IMG/VR virus record: IMGVR_UViG_3300030376_006242
Origin: a virus
Taxonomy: Duplodnaviria; Caudoviricetes
Length of the DNA stretch: 64,000 nucleotides
Strand: one strand, 5' to 3'
Shown: positions 60,441-64,000 of the stretch, in pieces
Position numbering within the stretch: the stretch's first letter is position 1
Layout: each line of letters starts with the position of its first letter
Translations under genes and position numbers: made by a program
Notes under the pieces: model-generated
Seen by the model: only the letters and a program-made list of their open reading frames with translations
Told to the model about the DNA's origin: nothing
The model's database searches: none

Positions 60441-61454
60441 ATGTCAGATAAAAGCAAATTCGAGCAAATGCTTGAAAAACTAGTCGCTGACGATAGAACA
60501 GCGGCAGAAGAGATTTTCCATGATATCGTTGTGGAGAAATCAAGATCAATATATGAAGGTCTTTTAGAAGATGATATCAAAGATATCGAAGTAGAAGAAA
60601 CTTCAAAAGAAGACTCAAAAGAAGAAGAGACTACAGAAGCGTCTAAAGAAGACAAAAAAGAAGACGAAAAAGTAGAAGAAAAAACTTCAGAAGAGTCAAA
60701 AGAAGATGAAGCAGTAGAAGAAGCATCAAAAGACGAATCTAAAGAAGAAGAAACTAAAGAAGAAGAGTCAAAAGATGAAGAAGCAACTGATGAATCTTTA
60801 TTAGATGTAGAACAAACAGCAGTAGCACCAGTTGAAGCAGGCGGTGACGCAACTGACGATATGGTTGGCGACATTGAAGCACCAGCAGGTGATATGGATA
60901 ACGGCGACGACTCTGAAAAAGGTGAAGAAGAAATCGAAGACAGAGTAGTTGACCTAGAAGATGCTATTGATGACCTTAAAGCAGAATTTGAAAAAATGAT
61001 GCATGACAAGGAAGACGGTGACGACGCAGAAGATCATGGCGACGACGCTGAAGACAACGGCGACAAAGAAGAAGAAGCAGTTGTAGATCAATCAGCAGAG
61101 GGAGAAACTGTAGAAGTTGCTCCTGAACTTGGTGAACAACCAGCAGTAGAAACGGCAGAGCCAAAAACAGCAAGTGAAGAAATTAGAGAATATGTGAACA
61201 AAGTAGGCGTAACGCATACAGATGGTTCAGATTCAACTAAATCACCAGTTGCTGGCAAAAATGATATGGGCGGTACATCTTCAAACATCGCAAAAGGCGG
61301 AGAAGAAAAAGGTTCTTCAACACCAGCGAGTAAAGAAGATAACGCAGGTAACATTAATGTACCAGGCGCTAAAGTGAAGCAATCTGCGGCACCAAAGGCT
61401 CAGACTAAAGCAGATGACGACGGTTCTGCTAAAAAGTCTACAATGGGCAGTTAA
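60441..61454 (+). CDS. Highly acidic prohead core/scaffold-like protein
   Basis: E/D-rich with EETxEASKE-type repeats; AGGAG RBS; TAAATA at 60392-60397; between portal and protease. Confidence 0.7.
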   Translation: MSDKSKFEQMLEKLVADDRTAAEEIFHDIVVEKSRSIYEGLLEDDIKDIEVEETSKEDSKEEETTEASKEDKKEDEKVEEKTSEESKEDEAVEEASKDESKEEETKEEESKDEEATDESLLDVEQTAVAPVEAGGDATDDMVGDIEAPAGDMDNGDDSEKGEEEIEDRVVDLEDAIDDLKAEFEKMMHDKEDGDDAEDHGDDAEDNGDKEEEAVVDQSAEGETVEVAPELGEQPAVETAEPKTASEEIREYVNKVGVTHTDGSDSTKSPVAGKNDMGGTSSNIAKGGEEKGSSTPASKEDNAGNINVPGAKVKQSAAPKAQTKADDDGSAKKSTMGS

Positions 61455-61476
61455 TAAGGTAGTATAAGGAAAACGG

Positions 61477-62100
61477 ATGTTATCATTACGTGAGACGCTT
61501 ACTTTCGACCAAGCAGGCATAGTCGTTGAGACTAAGGACGAACACAACGGTAAATCCCTTTACATGAAGGGAATCTGCATTCAGGGAGGTGTTAAAAACG
61601 CCAACCAAAGAGTGTATCCTGTTAACGAAATCCAAAGGGCTGTCAGCACACTTAACGATCAAGTCACTGGTGGATACAGTGTTCTCGGCGAAGTTGACCA
61701 TCCTGAAGGCCTTAATATTAACCTAGACCGTGTAAGCCACATGGTAAATGAAATGTGGATGGACGGACCAAACGGATACGGAAAATTAAAAGTATTACCA
61801 ACCCCGATGGGACAACTTGTTAAAACAATGCTGGAAAGCGGAGTTAAACTTGGTGTTTCATCTAGGGGTTCGGGCAATGTTAAAGAAGACGGATCCGGTG
61901 AAGTATCAGATTTTGAAATCATCACAGTAGATATCGTAGCACAACCATCGGCGCCTGGAGCATATCCAGAGCCAATCTACGAACATCTAATGAACGCAAA
62001 AGGTGGTTTAAAAGCATTTAATACAGCAAGGGACACAAAGGCACAAAAATACTTAAAAGAACAACTAATAAACATAATTGGAAAACTCCAATCTAAATAG
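61477..62100 (+). CDS. gp21: Prohead protease gp21
   Basis: 'KNANQRVYP', 'GEVDHP', 'LGVSSRGSG', 'DIVAQPSAP.A'. Confidence 0.93.
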   Translation: MLSLRETLTFDQAGIVVETKDEHNGKSLYMKGICIQGGVKNANQRVYPVNEIQRAVSTLNDQVTGGYSVLGEVDHPEGLNINLDRVSHMVNEMWMDGPNGYGKLKVLPTPMGQLVKTMLESGVKLGVSSRGSGNVKEDGSGEVSDFEIITVDIVAQPSAPGAYPEPIYEHLMNAKGGLKAFNTARDTKAQKYLKEQLINIIGKLQSK

Positions 62101-62110
62101 GAGAAAATAA

Positions 62111-63199
62111 ATGTTAGAAGCACTGAAATCACTTTTTGAAAACAACGCAATTTCGGAAGAGATCAGAGCAGAAATCGAACAAGCATGGAACCAGAAGGTT
62201 GAAGAAAACAAACTTTCTGCCACTGCTGAACTTCGTTCAGAGTTTGCTGAGAAGTATGAACACGACAAAGCAACTTTAACAGACGCTGTTGACAAAATGG
62301 TATCTGAAAGAATAGAAGCAGAAATGGCAGAGTTCGCAGAAGACAAGAAGCAATTAGCAGAAGAAAAAGTTAAGTATGCTACTCAAATCCGTGAACACTC
62401 AGACAAATTAAAGTCGTTTGTTTTTGAACAACTTAAAGGTGAAGTTGCTGAATTACACGCAGACCAAAAAGTTATGGCAGAAAACTTCCAGAAACTTGAG
62501 GAATTCGTAGTTGATGCTCTATCTAAAGAAATCGCAGAGTTTCAAAAAGACAAACAAGACGTTGCTGAGACAAAAGTACGTCTTATCAGAGAAGCGAAGG
62601 CACATTTTGAAAAAGTTAGAAATAACTTTGTGAAAAAAGGTGCTAGTAAAGTGTCAGAAGTAGTGGGCAAAACTCTACAAAAAGAGATTAGTTCATTAAA
62701 AGATGACATTGAAGCGGCTCGCAAAAATGACTTTGGTCGCAGACTGTTTGAATCTTACGCACAAGAATACACACAATCATTCTTGAACGAAAAAGGTGAA
62801 ACAGCCAAACTTCTAAAAGTAGTGGACATGGCGAAACTACAGGCGGAAGAAGCGAAGAAGACAGCCGAAGAGAACAAAAAGCAGATTGAAGCAAAAGAAA
62901 AAGAAATTGTTACAATCAAAGAAGCGGCTGAGAGAGAAAAAGTAATCAATGAGTTAGTAACTCCATTGAACACTGAACAAAAAGAAATAATGAACAACTT
63001 ACTGGAGAGTGTGCAGACGGGTGCTTTACGAAAGCAATTCGAAAAGTACATTCCGTCCGTACTAAACGGTAGGACTCCAGCGAAAAAACAGGCTATAAAT
63101 GAAGGCACAGAAGTAACAGGCGATAAACAAACAAACATTGTAAACGGCAGTCAGTTCAACAGTAACATTGTTGACATTAGAAGACTGGCGGGTATATAA
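62111..63199 (+). CDS. gp22: Prohead scaffolding protein gp22-like
   Basis: Coiled-coil, E/K-rich; between protease and major capsid gene. Confidence 0.8.
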   Translation: MLEALKSLFENNAISEEIRAEIEQAWNQKVEENKLSATAELRSEFAEKYEHDKATLTDAVDKMVSERIEAEMAEFAEDKKQLAEEKVKYATQIREHSDKLKSFVFEQLKGEVAELHADQKVMAENFQKLEEFVVDALSKEIAEFQKDKQDVAETKVRLIREAKAHFEKVRNNFVKKGASKVSEVVGKTLQKEISSLKDDIEAARKNDFGRRLFESYAQEYTQSFLNEKGETAKLLKVVDMAKLQAEEAKKTAEENKKQIEAKEKEIVTIKEAAEREKVINELVTPLNTEQKEIMNNLLESVQTGALRKQFEKYIPSVLNGRTPAKKQAINEGTEVTGDKQTNIVNGSQFNSNIVDIRRLAGI

Positions 63200-63215
63200 A
63201 AAGGAGAAAAAAACA

Positions 63216-64000
63216 ATGTCAGAACTAACAGAAACTCGCTGGCAGGACACAAAGAGTGCGTTATTAGAAGGCTTAACTGGAAATAAAAAAGCAGTTATGG
63301 CGGCTACTTTAGAAAATACGAAAGCGTATTTGGCTGAGGCGGCAACAGCAGGTGCTACATCGGCTGGTAACGTTGCTACTTTAAACAGAGTGATCCTACC
63401 GGTGATCAGAAGGGTTATGCCTACTGTGATCGCTAACGAATTGGTTGGAGTTCAACCAATGACTGGCCCAGTTGGTCAAATCCACACATTAAGAGTAAGA
63501 TACGCAGAGACAAACAACGCGACTGGTACAGCAAATGATGTAACAGCAGGCGATGAGGCTCTATCTCCGTTCAAAATAGGTCAAGCCTATTCAGGTGACG
63601 GCACAGGTGGTCTTGGTGACGCGACAGCGGCTAAAGAGGGTACTGGTGGTAGAGCAATGTCAATCCAAATCTTGAAACAAACGGTTGAAGCAAAATCACG
63701 TAAGTTACAAGCAAGATGGACATTTGAATCTGCTCAAGATGCTCAAGCACAACAAGGTATTGATGTAGAGGCTGAAATCATGGCGGCATTAGCACAAGAA
63801 ATTACTGCTGAAATCGACCAAGAGATCATCACTTCATTAAGAACTTTAGCAGGTGCTCAATCATCTGGAACATACAACCAAGCGGCAGTATCAGGTACGG
63901 CAACATTCGTAGGTGATGAACACGCGGCTTTGGCTGTTGTTATAAACAGAGCGGCGAACAAAATCGCACAAAACACAAGACGTGGTGCTGGTAATTTTGC
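63216..64000 (+). CDS. gp23: Major capsid protein gp23 (5' partial, runs off window)
   Basis: Read manually: MSELTETRW...LPVIRRVMPTVIANELVGVQPMTGPVGQIHTLRVRY...VEAKSRKLQARWTFE.AQD; AGGAG RBS. Confidence 0.95.
   Translation, partial: MSELTETRWQDTKSALLEGLTGNKKAVMAATLENTKAYLAEAATAGATSAGNVATLNRVILPVIRRVMPTVIANELVGVQPMTGPVGQIHTLRVRYAETNNATGTANDVTAGDEALSPFKIGQAYSGDGTGGLGDATAAKEGTGGRAMSIQILKQTVEAKSRKLQARWTFESAQDAQAQQGIDVEAEIMAALAQEITAEIDQEIITSLRTLAGAQSSGTYNQAAVSGTATFVGDEHAALAVVINRAANKIAQNTRRGAGNF

Noticed and set aside
1-64000. CRISPR array, transposon, integrase or diversity-generating retroelement
   Set aside because: No spaced direct repeats, transposase, integrase or reverse transcriptase seen.
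1-64000. Stop-codon reassignment
   Set aside because: The standard code gives near-complete gene tiling; TAA, TAG and TGA all end genes at sensible boundaries.

Overview
AT-rich, densely coding 64-kb segment of a large T4-like (myovirus) phage genome read with the standard genetic code. (1) 1-17.5 kb is a cluster of modifying enzymes: six radical-SAM/twitch-SPASM proteins, three Fe(II)/2OG cupin hydroxylases, four glycosyltransferase-like proteins, QueC-like PP-loop ATPase, SGNH hydrolase, methyltransferase, kinase-like protein and an alternative oxidase (AOX). (2) 17.5-48.9 kb (minus strand) is the tail-fibre/baseplate module, including a 4,890-aa giant protein, gp6, gp25, PAAR, gp5-like, hub, gp53 and gp48/54-like genes. 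(3) 49-53.3 kb holds the gp55 late sigma factor, gp47/gp46, an Hc1-like basic protein and a minimal GIY-YIG nuclease, followed by a ~385-nt non-coding stretch full of complementary stems. (4) 53.7-64 kb holds a HemD-like gene, gp51/gp26-like chaperones, tape measure, portal, scaffolds, prohead protease and the start of the major capsid gene. Most notable signals: the GIY-YIG nuclease with its candidate structured RNA; a 16-bp dyad element 9-10 bp upstream of TAAATA late promoters, together with a gp55 carrying a large insertion; a -1 slippery site that could fuse gp26 to gp51; and the radical-SAM/glycosyltransferase/AOX cluster next to the tail fibres. All protein calls come from motif recognition by eye; no database searches or folding programs were run.
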